The notes under the pieces: generated by a model
Told to the model about the DNA's origin: nothing
The model's input: only the letters and a program-made list of their open reading frames with translations
Database searches by the model: none
Made by a program: the position numbers and the translations under genes
Origin: Salinisphaera sp.
GTDB taxonomy: Bacteria; Pseudomonadota; Gammaproteobacteria; Nevskiales; Salinisphaeraceae
Length of the DNA: 64,000 bases
Direction: 5' to 3'
Assembly (NCBI RefSeq): GCF_035690525.1
Contig: NZ_DASSKM010000085.1
Location: 5,952 to 69,951 of the forward strand
In this document: in pieces, positions 1 through 10,382 of the stretch
How the letters are laid out: every line of letters starts with the position of its first letter
How positions within the stretch are numbered: position 1 is the first letter of the stretch

Positions 1-1
1 T

Positions 2-208
2 TTTTCAGCGACCTACAATACGTTGAATCGTGGCAGCGGCATCCTGACGGGCCGCTTCGACACCGACGCGCCGTCCGCGCCGGATGACGACACCGCCATT
101 CCGGAACCGCCGGGCTGGCTGCTGCTGAGTCTGGGGCTGCTGCTGATCGGCTGGGGTGTAAGGCAACGCGGTCTCACAGCGCCGCCGGCCCACATCGAGC
201 GAACATGA
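2..208 (+). CDS. C-terminal end of a PEP-CTERM sorting-domain protein (5' part outside window)
   Basis: Frame is open back to the window edge; ends with IPEP + hydrophobic TM (GWLLLSLGLLLIGWGV) + basic RQR. Confidence 0.7.
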   Translation, partial: FSATYNTLNRGSGILTGRFDTDAPSAPDDDTAIPEPPGWLLLSLGLLLIGWGVRQRGLTAPPAHIERT

Positions 209-263
209 CGGTCCGTCGCATGATACATCCGCCCGTTTTACCCCCCATGCTCGTGCGCACGCC

Positions 264-1055
264 ATGCCGCATCTGATCACCCACCGTCCGCGCGTCACCA
301 ATCTGCGTTCGCGCGATGAACGCAGCAACTCCCACAAGGTCTGGGAAACGATCAACGCCTTCAGCTACAAGATCGGCGGACTGACGTTCGTGGCCGGTAG
401 CGTGTTCTATTTTCCGGCGCTGTCGGAATATCTCGCTTACGGCGACTGGCTGTTCTTTATCGGCTCGCTGTTGTATCTGCTGGTAACCGGCCACGATCTG
501 CTCGAAGTGTTCAAGTATTGGCGCACGCACAATACCGATACGTTTGCCGATCATATCGAATTCGTCACCGCCGTGTCGTACGTGCTCGGCTCGGCGCTGT
601 TCACGATCGGCAGCATTTTTTTCCTGCCCGCGCTGGGTACGACGGCGATCGGCAGCTGGTGTTTCATCGTGGGTTCGGCGTTGTTCGTGATCGGCGGTTT
701 CGTCAACATCCTGCAGGTGGTCGAGGCGCCGTCCATGCTCTACATGCAGCTGTTCAACATCACCGTGGCCCAGTTCATCGTGGGCTCGGCGCTGTTCCTG
801 GTGGCCACGATCCCCTATCTCTGGCATCTCGGCGATCCGGCGGAAACACAGATCACGACCCTGGCCGCGGCGCAGTTCCTGTTTGCCAGCGTGCTGTTCT
901 TCACCGGCGGCATCGCGATCTACTACCGCAAGCTGGTGCGCGACAAGCTGGAAGCGTTCTGCCACGCCAGCGGATTCGGCACCATGTTCATCCGCGCGCT
1001 GCGCAGCGAGATCCACGACAAGGCCACGCTCGGCAAAAGCCCTGATCCGGGTTGA
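264..1055 (+). CDS. YrhK-like multi-pass membrane protein
   Basis: Repeated hydrophobic segments of type F.vGS.lF..; opens with WETINAFSYKIGGLTFVAGS, as in YrhK-like domains. Confidence 0.65.
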   Translation: MPHLITHRPRVTNLRSRDERSNSHKVWETINAFSYKIGGLTFVAGSVFYFPALSEYLAYGDWLFFIGSLLYLLVTGHDLLEVFKYWRTHNTDTFADHIEFVTAVSYVLGSALFTIGSIFFLPALGTTAIGSWCFIVGSALFVIGGFVNILQVVEAPSMLYMQLFNITVAQFIVGSALFLVATIPYLWHLGDPAETQITTLAAAQFLFASVLFFTGGIAIYYRKLVRDKLEAFCHASGFGTMFIRALRSEIHDKATLGKSPDPG

Positions 1056-1061
1056 GCGGCT

Positions 1062-3281
1062 TCAGCCGCGCGGTATCCAGATATCGGTTGCTTGCCCGGT
1101 CAGGCGCGCGCAGATGCGCCGCAGTTCGGGCAGTTCGTCTAGCAGTAGCTGCAACTGACCGGCGACCAGCCGCGTAGTGCCGTCATGCGCCGGGCGCAGC
1201 CGCGCCAGATGGTCGTAAATACGGGCCGCGGCCTCGCCGTCGAACGGCGCCGGTTCCGAGCGAATCAGGCCGTGGGCCACGTGATCCAGCGCTTCGGCGA
1301 TATGGCCGACCGCCTCGTCGAGCGCGGCCGCGTCGTTTTCGGCCAGCTTTTCGCGATGCGCGCCCAACGTCGACAGATGTCCAATCAATGTCTGGGCGCA
1401 GGCGAGCACCGCAAGCGCCTCGCGGCTGTCGCTGCGGGCGCCGCGTGGGTCGGCCAGCGCGGTGGCGACGTGCGTGCTGACCGCGGCGTCGGCGTTGTGG
1501 GCGTCGCGACGCGCGATACGATAGGCCAGATCGTCGGCACGCCCAACACGGTACTGGTCGAACAGCGCGCGTAGATACGCGGCGTGGGCGAGCAACGCAT
1601 CGGCCAGCCGATGATGCAGTTCGCGCTCGCGCCAGTCCGGCAGCACCAGCCGCATGACGACGGCCGCCAGCGCGCCGCCGATCACGGTATCGATGAAGCG
1701 CGGCCAGATCAGATCGAAGCCGTTGCCGATCTGGTTAAACGAAACCAGCACGAGCACGCTGATGCCGGTGGCGGCAACGAAATAACGACGAAACCGGGCC
1801 GCGAAGAAGACCACGCCGGAGGCCACGATCAGCAGCAGTTGAACCTCGGGCGATGGAAACAGCCGCAAAAGCGCCCAGCCGAGCACCAAACCAGCGACGG
1901 TGCCGCCGACGCGCTGGAGGAAGCGCGTGCGGGTGGCGCCGTAGTCCGGCTGGCAAACCAGCATGGTGGTCAGAAGAATCCAGTAGCCCTGGGCCGGATG
2001 CACGGCCAGCAGCACGAGATAGCCCGCCCACATCGCCAACGCCAGGCGCAGCGCATGACGAAAGCGCGCCGAGGCCGGGTTGAGCTGCACGCGGATACGC
2101 CGCCAGATCTCCATCGGCGACTGCGGCAGCGGATTCTGCAGCGCGGTATCGCTGTTCTCGCCGGGTTCGCCGGCGCCCGCCGCACGCCCGGCTAGATCGC
2201 GCAGGTTATCGGCGACATCGTCCATGGCGTATAGCAAGGCCGCGCCGGGTGCGTCGGTCATGGTTCGCCGATGCGCGATGGCGGCGTCCAGATCGGCCAC
2301 GGCGGCCGCGGCGCGGCCGTCGTCCGTGAACGCCTCGTCGTAGCGCAGCGCCGCCGCCCGCGTACGGCAGGCCGCGCCGATAACCCGCAGCAACCGCTGG
2401 CAACGGAACATCAGGTCGCTATGGAAGAACGCCTCGGTCAGCGCCTGGTAGGGATAATGCGCGGAGCTGGTGCGCTCGTGAATATCCTGAGCCGCCATAT
2501 ACAGACGTAGATTCCCGGCCATGGCCGAGCGCGAGCGCCGGCCAGCAAGCCGGTCCACCAGCGCCAGACGGGTGTCGTTGAGCGCGCCGACCACCCGCGC
2601 ATTGGCGTGCGCCAAATCGCTGCGCCGCGCGGCGACATTCAAATCGCGCACCGGCTCGAACAGCCACGACTTGCAGACCAGATAATCGTCGAGCGCGGTG
2701 TACAGGCGGGCCAACGACTGACGCACCGGGCGGTGTACGAACACCGCGTTCCACGCCAGGGCGAGCACACCGTACCAGGCCGCGCCGATGACCAGCAGCA
2801 ACGGCTCAAGCCAGAAGGCCTTGGGCCCACCGGTGTGCTGGGTCACGCCGATCATGGTGTAGACCGACAACAACAACGTGGCATTGCCGATAGTCGCGAA
2901 ACGCCCGCTCGCCGCGCCCAGCATGATCAGCACGAAGGTGCCCGCCGGCAGCGCCAGCGCGAACGCCCAGGGCATGTCGAGCAGCGCCTCGACCGTGAGC
3001 GCGGCCCCGGAAAAACAGATCAGGGTGAGCAGCAACGCCCGGGCCCGGCGACGCCAGCCGTCGTCGGTTTCGGCAATGGCGCTGGCGATCACGCCGAGCA
3101 TCAGCGGGATCAGCTGATGCGCATCCTCGCGCAATCCGGAATAGACGATCACCCCGAGCAGCGCGACGAACACCCGGATGGCGTCGGCAAAACGATCGAA
3201 CGTGGTGACGCGTTGCAGACGAAACCAGCGCATGCCGGCCAGTGTAGCGTGCGCCTGATCGCGGGCCATAAACTGCATCAT
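1062..3281 (-). CDS. yccS: YccS/YhfK family (FUSC-like) inner-membrane transporter
   Basis: 739 aa with two TM blocks; FRHALRLA, GYWILLT, CQP.YGATR and RFIDTVIGG motifs. Confidence 0.85.
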   Translation of the reverse strand: MMQFMARDQAHATLAGMRWFRLQRVTTFDRFADAIRVFVALLGVIVYSGLREDAHQLIPLMLGVIASAIAETDDGWRRRARALLLTLICFSGAALTVEALLDMPWAFALALPAGTFVLIMLGAASGRFATIGNATLLLSVYTMIGVTQHTGGPKAFWLEPLLLVIGAAWYGVLALAWNAVFVHRPVRQSLARLYTALDDYLVCKSWLFEPVRDLNVAARRSDLAHANARVVGALNDTRLALVDRLAGRRSRSAMAGNLRLYMAAQDIHERTSSAHYPYQALTEAFFHSDLMFRCQRLLRVIGAACRTRAAALRYDEAFTDDGRAAAAVADLDAAIAHRRTMTDAPGAALLYAMDDVADNLRDLAGRAAGAGEPGENSDTALQNPLPQSPMEIWRRIRVQLNPASARFRHALRLALAMWAGYLVLLAVHPAQGYWILLTTMLVCQPDYGATRTRFLQRVGGTVAGLVLGWALLRLFPSPEVQLLLIVASGVVFFAARFRRYFVAATGISVLVLVSFNQIGNGFDLIWPRFIDTVIGGALAAVVMRLVLPDWRERELHHRLADALLAHAAYLRALFDQYRVGRADDLAYRIARRDAHNADAAVSTHVATALADPRGARSDSREALAVLACAQTLIGHLSTLGAHREKLAENDAAALDEAVGHIAEALDHVAHGLIRSEPAPFDGEAAARIYDHLARLRPAHDGTTRLVAGQLQLLLDELPELRRICARLTGQATDIWIPRG

Positions 3282-3302
3282 GGGCCGGGCCCTTGAAGGC
3301 CT

Positions 3303-5453
3303 CTAGCCGTATCCGGGCGCCGTTGTCCGCCCCGTCGGCGCCGTGGCTTCCGAGCGCTTGACGCCGCGCTCGCCGAAACGCCCGCCGGTCAACAGCGCGG
3401 CGAAGTCTTCGGCCGGCACGGCGCGGCTGAACAAATAGCCCTGCATCTGGTCGCAGCCGAGTTCGGTGACATAGCGCAACTGCTCCTCGGTCTCCACGCC
3501 CTCGGCCACGACGCTGAGCCCCAGATTGTGCGCGAGCGTGACGATCGAGCGCACGATAGCGGCCTGTTGCGGCATCGACGCCCCCAATTCGCGGATGAAC
3601 GAACGGTCGATCTTGAGCTGCTGGATGGGCAGCTTTTCCAGATACGACAGACTCGAGTGGCCGGTGCCGAAATCGTCCAACGCCACATCCACGCCCATGC
3701 GCGCGAAGCGCTTGAGAGTGTTGACCGCTTCCAACATGCCCTTGATCGCCACCGACTCGGTGACCTCGAACATCAGCGACTGCGCCTCGATTTGGTAATG
3801 ATCGAGGTAACGCTGCACCGCGCCCGGCAAGCGCGGATCGCTGACCCGCGCCGCCGACAGATTGACCGAGATCCGCGGCACGCTGAGCCCGTTGTCGCGC
3901 CAGCGCCGAATCTGGGCGCACACCATATCGAGCACGGCGCGTTCCAAATCGTCGATCAACCCGCACCGCTCGGCCAGCGGGATAAAGCGGTCCGGCGTGA
4001 TCAGCCCGCGTTCGGGATCACGCCAGCGCACCAGCGCCTCGGCGCCGCACAACGTGCCGTCGACCGGCCGGTACATGGGCTGGTAATAAACCACGATCGC
4101 ACCCGAGGCGATCGCCGCGCCCAGTTCGCGCTGGAGGTTGAATTCGTCCTCCGCCCGGCGCGCCATCTCCGGCCGGTAGCCGACATAGTTGTTCTTGCCG
4201 TTGCTCTTGGCGTGGTACATCGCGCGATCGGCCGCGGTGATCAGCGCCTGCCCGGTCTCGCCGTGCACGGGGAAGCGAGCCCAACCGATGCTCGCCGACA
4301 ACCCGGGCGCGGTGCCGCCGGCCTCGCGGATCGCCAGCAGCAGGCGGCGGCCCAACGCGTCGATATCCGCCGCGCCGTCGGCGCCGGCCGCCAGAATAAC
4401 GAACTCGTCACCGCCCATGCGCGCGACCGTATCGTTATCGCGCATGGTCTCGCACATCGCGCCCGCCACCCGTTCGAGCATCTCGTCGCCGACGCGGTGG
4501 CCGAGATTGTCGTTGAGCAGCTTGAACCCGTCGAGATCGATATAGAACAAGGCAAAGCCACTGCCCCGCCGCCGCGCGTACTCGATCTCGCGCGCCAGTC
4601 GTTCGTCGAGCAGCTTGCGGTTGGCCAGATCGGTCAGCGCATCATGATGGCTGCTATGGCGCAATTGGTCGTTGGCTTGGCGCAGCGAGGCGACCAGATC
4701 CGCGGTCTGGGTCTCGAGCCGGCGATCCAGGGCCGCCACCAGCAGGGCCGCCGCGAGCAGCACCACCGACAGCGAACTGATCAGCAACGCCAGCCAGGTC
4801 TTGTCGACCCCGCCCCCGCCCAACCCCTGACTGACGGCCGGGAAATTCGCCGCGGCCATGGCGGCGTAGTGCATGCCCGCGATCGCCACCCCCATGAAGG
4901 CCGCGGCGCTCGCCTTCTTGAGCGTGCGTAGCCGACTGCGGATATCGCGCAAGGCGAACGACAGGCCGAGCGCAGCAGCCGAACCGGCCAGCGCGATCAG
5001 GGCCGAAAACGCCACCCATAGCGGGTCGTAAACGATACCCGGCTCGATCTCCAGCGCGTACATGCCGGTGTAGTTCATGCTCACGATCGCCAGCGCCATG
5101 AAGGCGGCCCCGGCCAGCCAGGTCTTATGATCCAGCCGCGTCTGGCAGGCCAATCGCAGCGCCGCCGCCGACGCCATGACGGCCATCAGCCACGACAACG
5201 CCGTGAGCACGGGATCGTAGCTCATACGAATCGGCAGCATCAGCGCGAGCATGCCGATGAAGTGCATCGACCAAATCCCGGAGCCCAGAGCCAGCGCGCC
5301 CGCGGCCAGCCAAATCCAAGCATAACGGCGCTGCGCGGCATACACGCGATCGGCGAGATCGAGCGCGGCGTAGCCGGCCAGGATCGCGACGGCGATCGAC
5401 AACAGGACCAGACCCGGTTGATAGTTTTTAACTAGATAAGCAGCGGCATCCAT
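3303..5453 (-). CDS. MHYT-GGDEF-EAL c-di-GMP signalling protein
   Basis: GIWSMHFIGM and GMHYAAM (MHYT repeats), RMGGDEF, EALVRW, DDFGTG; start moved to ATG 5453. Confidence 0.92.
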   Translation of the reverse strand: MDAAAYLVKNYQPGLVLLSIAVAILAGYAALDLADRVYAAQRRYAWIWLAAGALALGSGIWSMHFIGMLALMLPIRMSYDPVLTALSWLMAVMASAAALRLACQTRLDHKTWLAGAAFMALAIVSMNYTGMYALEIEPGIVYDPLWVAFSALIALAGSAAALGLSFALRDIRSRLRTLKKASAAAFMGVAIAGMHYAAMAAANFPAVSQGLGGGGVDKTWLALLISSLSVVLLAAALLVAALDRRLETQTADLVASLRQANDQLRHSSHHDALTDLANRKLLDERLAREIEYARRRGSGFALFYIDLDGFKLLNDNLGHRVGDEMLERVAGAMCETMRDNDTVARMGGDEFVILAAGADGAADIDALGRRLLLAIREAGGTAPGLSASIGWARFPVHGETGQALITAADRAMYHAKSNGKNNYVGYRPEMARRAEDEFNLQRELGAAIASGAIVVYYQPMYRPVDGTLCGAEALVRWRDPERGLITPDRFIPLAERCGLIDDLERAVLDMVCAQIRRWRDNGLSVPRISVNLSAARVSDPRLPGAVQRYLDHYQIEAQSLMFEVTESVAIKGMLEAVNTLKRFARMGVDVALDDFGTGHSSLSYLEKLPIQQLKIDRSFIRELGASMPQQAAIVRSIVTLAHNLGLSVVAEGVETEEQLRYVTELGCDQMQGYLFSRAVPAEDFAALLTGGRFGERGVKRSEATAPTGRTTAPGYG

Positions 5454-6131
5454 AGAACGACAGCTCCGGCATCGAAGCGATACACGGCTCATGGCCGCGT
5501 GCCGTTTATAATGCAACGCGCGCCCCCTCTCACGCGCTCGATCACAAGATAAGCCGGCGGTCCGTTATCCGAACACTACGTGGTCTTGTCGGCCGCCGAT
5601 GCCCGCGCACGAAACCTTTAATCATCGGTTTCGCGGCGGCAGTTCTCGAATGCGCGCGAATTCATTGTATACAAATCGACCGAAGCGAGCAGCGCTTTAG
5701 ATCCGGCGCCGCCGCGCGCCAGCCCGCGAACCAGGCTTTCAGTGTCTTGTAACATGAATTTATTAGCATTTTTCCCGGTCGCCCATTATCGATCCCGGCG
5801 TTTTTGATGTCCCGCGAACCCCTCGCTACTGCCGATAACGTACGACGCCGTGCATCCGGCCGCCGCGGCGTATGGCGCTGCGCCGATGAACGATTGGCGT
5901 ATCGCGCCGTCGCCGTCGTCGATACCGCCGGCGTGCCGGCATTCACGCGTGGCGCGTCCGGGCCGGCGGCCCCGGGCGCGTGCGTATTCCTGCACAAGGC
6001 ATCGTTCATGTATTGTTGTCGATCGTGCCGATAATTTCGACGATTTTCAGGCGGCGCCGGCACGCCGCTCCAGCCTTCCACGATCCCGTGGCCGCGTTAC
6101 CGCGGTCGATTCGATAGGACACTTGATTTTC

Positions 6132-8273
6132 ATGCGCAATTTAGCCCTGTTCTTTGTGCTTCTGGCGATGCTGTGCGTCCAGACCGGCTGTGCCGCTTCG
6201 GAAAATCAACCGACGCCAATACCGGTGCCGGATGCCGGCGCCGGCCCGGCCAAGGGCTATACCCCGCTGGTGCCGGACAACAATCAGAGCCAAATCGATC
6301 AGGAAATCGTGCGCGAGCTGCAAAACAACCACTACAACAAAATCAAGCTCGACAACGCGTTCTCGGAGCAGTTCTTCAAGGCGTACCTCAACGACCTGGA
6401 CAGCACACACAGCGTGTTTCTGGCCTCGGACGTCGCCCGTCTGAAGAAAAAATACGCCGACGAACTCGACGACCAGCTCAAGAACGGCAACCTGACCGCC
6501 GCCTACGACATCTTCAACACCTATCAAAAGCGGCGCATCCAGATCGATCAGTGGGCACTCGATCGGATCGAGCAGGGGCTGGGTTCGCTCGATCTCGACG
6601 ATCAGGAAATATTCAAGGTCGACCGCGAGAACGCGCCGTGGCCGGCCGGCGCCGAGGCCCGCGAGAGACTCTGGACCAAGCAGCTCGAGAACCAGGTGAT
6701 CGAACTGCGGCTCAACGATATCGATCCGGCCGAGATCCAGAAGCGGCTGACCCAGCGTTATACCAACGAACTCAAGCAGTTGCGCCAAGCCGAGCCGACC
6801 GATGCGTTCTCGGTCTACATGGACGCCTATACCCATAGCTACGACCCGCACACCGACTACTTCTCGCCCCGGCGCTACGAAGACTTCAGCATCAACATGA
6901 ACCTACAGCTGCAAGGCATCGGCGCCGAGCTGCGCTCGAAGAACGGCTATGCCGAACTGGTGCGTCTGATTCCCGGCGGCCCGGCCGCCAAATCCGGCAA
7001 ACTCAAGCCGACCGACCGCATCATCGCCGTCGGCCAGGGCAAGAAAGGCGATTTCGTCGACGTGATCGGCATGCGTCTGGATGAAACCGTGCAGTTGATC
7101 CGCGGCAAGGCCGGCACGTACGTGCGGCTGCAGATCTCGCCCCAAGACAACGGCCAGACCAAGACGATCACGCTCCAGCGCGCCAAGATCGAGCTCAAGG
7201 ATCAGGCCGCCAGTTCGCGCGTCATCCATGTCAAGCGAAACGGCACCGACCACAAGATCGGGCTGATCACGCTGCCGTCGTTCTACAACGGCACCTCCGA
7301 CGACGTAAAGAAACAGCTGATCAAGCTGAAAAAGGACAACGTCGACGGCATCATCCTCGATCTGCGCAACAACGGCGGCGGCGCGCTCGGCGAAGCCATG
7401 CATCTGATCGGATTGTTCATGGGGTCCGCTCCGGGCGTGCAAATCAAGGACGCCAGCGGCAATATTCAGGTGCTGGGCGACCGCAACCAGGGCGCGGTCT
7501 ATTCCGGGCCGCTGGCGGTGATGACCAATCGTTTGTCGGCCTCGGCCTCGGAGATTGTGGCCGGCGCTCTGCAAGATTACGGCCGCGCGCTCATCCTGGG
7601 CAGCCGGACCTTCGGCAAGGGCACGGTCCAGACCCTGCTGCCGCTGTCCGCCGGCCAGCTCAAGCTGACCGAGGCCAAGTTCTATCGCGTCACGGGCAAG
7701 AGCACACAGGATCGCGGCGTGGTGCCGGACATCACCTATCCGTCGGCGATCGATCCGGATAAGATCGGCGAGTCTTCGCTGCCCAACGCCCTGCCCTACG
7801 ACACCATTCCGCCGACCGCCTATCCGGAATCGGACGCGATCGGGCACATGCTGCCCACGCTGAAGAAGAACCATCGTCAGCGCGTGGCCGACGATCCGGA
7901 CTTCCAGTATCTGGTCAACCGGATCAAGCTGGCGCGCCAGGAGAGCAGCCAGGACACGGTATCGCTGGATATCGACAAGCGGCGCCAGGAGCAGCAGCAA
8001 CTCGATCACCGGATACTGGCTCTGGCCAACGCGCACCGCAAGGCCACGGGCAAGGAGCCGTACAAGGATTACGAGGCGTTCGAAAACGCACAGGACGAGG
8101 ACGCCGAGGCGGCCAACGGCGACGAAGCCGACCCGGTCGATACCCTGCCCGAGCAGACCCCCGGCGCGACCGGCAGCGACGAAATCGATGCCTACCAGAC
8201 CGAAAGCGCCAACATCCTGCTCGATCTGATCCATATCTATACGCAGCGGCACGGACAGAAACAAGCCGCCTGA
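6132..8273 (+). CDS. prc: Carboxy-terminal (tail-specific) processing protease, S41 family, probable lipoprotein
   Basis: DPHTDYFSP, GIGAEL PDZ, DLRNNGGG, SASASEIVAGALQD, FGKGTVQ; signal peptide with lipobox-like QTGC; start moved to ATG 6132. Confidence 0.92.
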   Translation: MRNLALFFVLLAMLCVQTGCAASENQPTPIPVPDAGAGPAKGYTPLVPDNNQSQIDQEIVRELQNNHYNKIKLDNAFSEQFFKAYLNDLDSTHSVFLASDVARLKKKYADELDDQLKNGNLTAAYDIFNTYQKRRIQIDQWALDRIEQGLGSLDLDDQEIFKVDRENAPWPAGAEARERLWTKQLENQVIELRLNDIDPAEIQKRLTQRYTNELKQLRQAEPTDAFSVYMDAYTHSYDPHTDYFSPRRYEDFSINMNLQLQGIGAELRSKNGYAELVRLIPGGPAAKSGKLKPTDRIIAVGQGKKGDFVDVIGMRLDETVQLIRGKAGTYVRLQISPQDNGQTKTITLQRAKIELKDQAASSRVIHVKRNGTDHKIGLITLPSFYNGTSDDVKKQLIKLKKDNVDGIILDLRNNGGGALGEAMHLIGLFMGSAPGVQIKDASGNIQVLGDRNQGAVYSGPLAVMTNRLSASASEIVAGALQDYGRALILGSRTFGKGTVQTLLPLSAGQLKLTEAKFYRVTGKSTQDRGVVPDITYPSAIDPDKIGESSLPNALPYDTIPPTAYPESDAIGHMLPTLKKNHRQRVADDPDFQYLVNRIKLARQESSQDTVSLDIDKRRQEQQQLDHRILALANAHRKATGKEPYKDYEAFENAQDEDAEAANGDEADPVDTLPEQTPGATGSDEIDAYQTESANILLDLIHIYTQRHGQKQAA

Positions 8274-8279
8274 CGTGCG

Positions 8280-8313
8280 CGCCCGGCCCGCGCGTCGCAC
8301 GCGTGGGCCGGGC
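8280..8313. terminator. GC-rich hairpin between convergent genes
   Basis: cgcccggcccgcgcgt-cgc-acgcgtgggccgggcg directly after the prc stop; no clear U-tract. Confidence 0.5.
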
Positions 8314-8354
8314 GGCGCATCGGATTCAACCGGACAGAGATACCGTTCTTTGCT

Positions 8355-8777
8355 TCAGCGCTGACCGGTCATCGAGCCATAGCTCGCGCCGAGCACGGCG
8401 CCGTAGACCAAGTGAATGGCCAAAGTGAACCCCACCACCGGCCAGCCGATCGCCACACCGAAGAAGCCGATGCCGCCGACCGGCAGGAACAACAGCATCA
8501 TCGCCAGCCACGCGTATACGCCGAAAACCAAACCGCGTACAACGGCATACCCGCCCGGCAGTCGGCGATAAAACACGGCGAACAACACGCCCCAGATCAG
8601 CGAGCCGATCACGAAGTGCCCGATCCAGCCGGTGACCAGTGGGCCACCGAGCAGCCGATGGATGATCTCGATCGTGTTGAAAGCCGACAACCGGTGCGAG
8701 AACGCCTTGACGATCATCAGCACCGAAATCGCCACCGTGGCGATGAAGCCGGCCACGATACCCTTGCCTGGATTCAT
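8355..8777 (-). CDS. Small 4-TM membrane protein (DUF2938/DUF6789-like)
   Basis: 140 aa hydrophobic; GWIGHFVIG and HLVYGAVLG motifs. Confidence 0.65.
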   Translation of the reverse strand: MNPGKGIVAGFIATVAISVLMIVKAFSHRLSAFNTIEIIHRLLGGPLVTGWIGHFVIGSLIWGVLFAVFYRRLPGGYAVVRGLVFGVYAWLAMMLLFLPVGGIGFFGVAIGWPVVGFTLAIHLVYGAVLGASYGSMTGQR

Positions 8778-8810
8778 GAGTCTCCCTGCCTGCGCGGCAA
8801 AACGCCCAGC

Positions 8811-10133
8811 TTAAAACGCGTTGCCGAAGGAGAGATAGACGAGCCCCTTACTCTCGCCGGAGAAGCCCACGTCCAATCGGGTCGACAGCGCCTCGCCGAG
8901 GGCGATGTGCAGGCCGGCGCCGTAGCTGAATCGGATGTCGTCGGAAAGCCCCGGCGCGACTTCCGGCGTTTCGGCCAGCAGATCGTCGGGCAGTCGCGAA
9001 CGATCCAGAAAGACCCGCCCGGCGCCGCCGAACAAGGTGCCGTCGAGCCGAACGCGCCAAATATTGTAGAAGTCAAAATCCGCGAGCAACTGCTGATAAC
9101 CGACGCGCGCGAACACCCGGCTCTGGCCCAGAAAACGATCGGGATAGAAGCCCTCGAGACTGTCGAAACCGCCCAGCGAGGCGAATTCATAGAACGGCAG
9201 ATCGTCGCCGCTGCCGGTGACATACTGGGCATTGACGCGCACGCCGATCAGATGGGCGGACGATCCGATCGGATGCACATAACTGGCGTCGCCGGTGAAA
9301 CGCGTATAGTTGAAATCGTTGCCGAGTTCCGGGCCGACGTGGGTGATTTTGCCGATCACGTTCCAGCCCTGCTCCGGCCGGGTCAGATCGCGCTGGGTGT
9401 TGTAGATGATCGCCAACGACAGCGGATTGTTGTAACCGCCCTCGATACCGGGCAGATGGCCAAAGGCATCGGTGGTCGAGCGCTTGCCGGGCTCGGGATC
9501 GCCGGGGCCGATCGTGATGCGGTCGTAGCCGATGGTGCCGGCCGCCACCCAGTGCGGCGCCAGCCGGCGCGCGAGCGTGAACAACAGCGACGTACCGTGA
9601 TACTCGTGCTGGCTGAGCGGATCGTCGCCGACGCTGTTGTTACCCAGGCCATAAAAATCGTGCGTCGGGCGCAACTCGTAGTGTAGCCGCACGATACCGA
9701 TGAAATCGCTGCCGAACACATGCGGCGCGCCCCAAGTCGCGACGAAACTGGTCTCGCCACCGGTCGATTGCGTGGCGCCGATGTCGAGATTCATGTGCGA
9801 CTCGCCGAAATTGATGTCGCTGAACTTGCCGCCGACGATGAAGCCGACTTCCGGGTCGTAGCCGATCTGCGGCAAGATAGCCACGTTGTGCGACGCGTCG
9901 AGTTCCTCGGGCGCTTCCGGATCGCCCGGCCGGGCCGGACCGTCATGCGGCATTGGCGGCGCTTGATTCTCGGCGATCGCCCGGCGCTCGTTGTCGATAA
10001 CCACGAACTGCGCCACGCTGCGCTCCAGATCGAGAGCCCCGCCGGCATGGGCCGGACCGGCCGCCGCCCACGACAAACCAAGCCCCAGCGCAGCGCATGC
10101 GATACGGCTTGTCGCTGTACAACGCTCCATCAT
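8811..10133 (-). CDS. Omp85/BamA-TamA family outer-membrane beta-barrel protein
   Basis: Signal peptide, LPQIGYDPEVGFIVG, LGG..sLeGF..dRF.G (Omp85 loop-6-like), C-terminal YLSFGNAF. Confidence 0.8.
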   Translation of the reverse strand: MMERCTATSRIACAALGLGLSWAAAGPAHAGGALDLERSVAQFVVIDNERRAIAENQAPPMPHDGPARPGDPEAPEELDASHNVAILPQIGYDPEVGFIVGGKFSDINFGESHMNLDIGATQSTGGETSFVATWGAPHVFGSDFIGIVRLHYELRPTHDFYGLGNNSVGDDPLSQHEYHGTSLLFTLARRLAPHWVAAGTIGYDRITIGPGDPEPGKRSTTDAFGHLPGIEGGYNNPLSLAIIYNTQRDLTRPEQGWNVIGKITHVGPELGNDFNYTRFTGDASYVHPIGSSAHLIGVRVNAQYVTGSGDDLPFYEFASLGGFDSLEGFYPDRFLGQSRVFARVGYQQLLADFDFYNIWRVRLDGTLFGGAGRVFLDRSRLPDDLLAETPEVAPGLSDDIRFSYGAGLHIALGEALSTRLDVGFSGESKGLVYLSFGNAF

Positions 10134-10382
10134 CGCCGTATACCCCTCCCTTGCGGCGTGCCGACCGGTACGGCGCGTGCCGTCGGCACAGGCGCTATTT
10201 ACGTTAGCTTAACAACGGCGAAGCGGATATGGGGAACCTTACGTAGCCATGCCCGGTACGCCGATTCCGCGCACCGGCGAGGCATCGGTTGCGGCGCGCC
10301 ATTATCCCGTATGCCGGCATCTTGCTAAGCTAACGGGCTTTCATCATGCAGCGGCTCGGCACCGGCGCCGAGCGTCGGGGGA

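Noticed and set aside
10140-10380. Sodium-sensing riboswitch upstream of nhaD
   Set aside because: No motif I can match with confidence; needs an Rfam scan.
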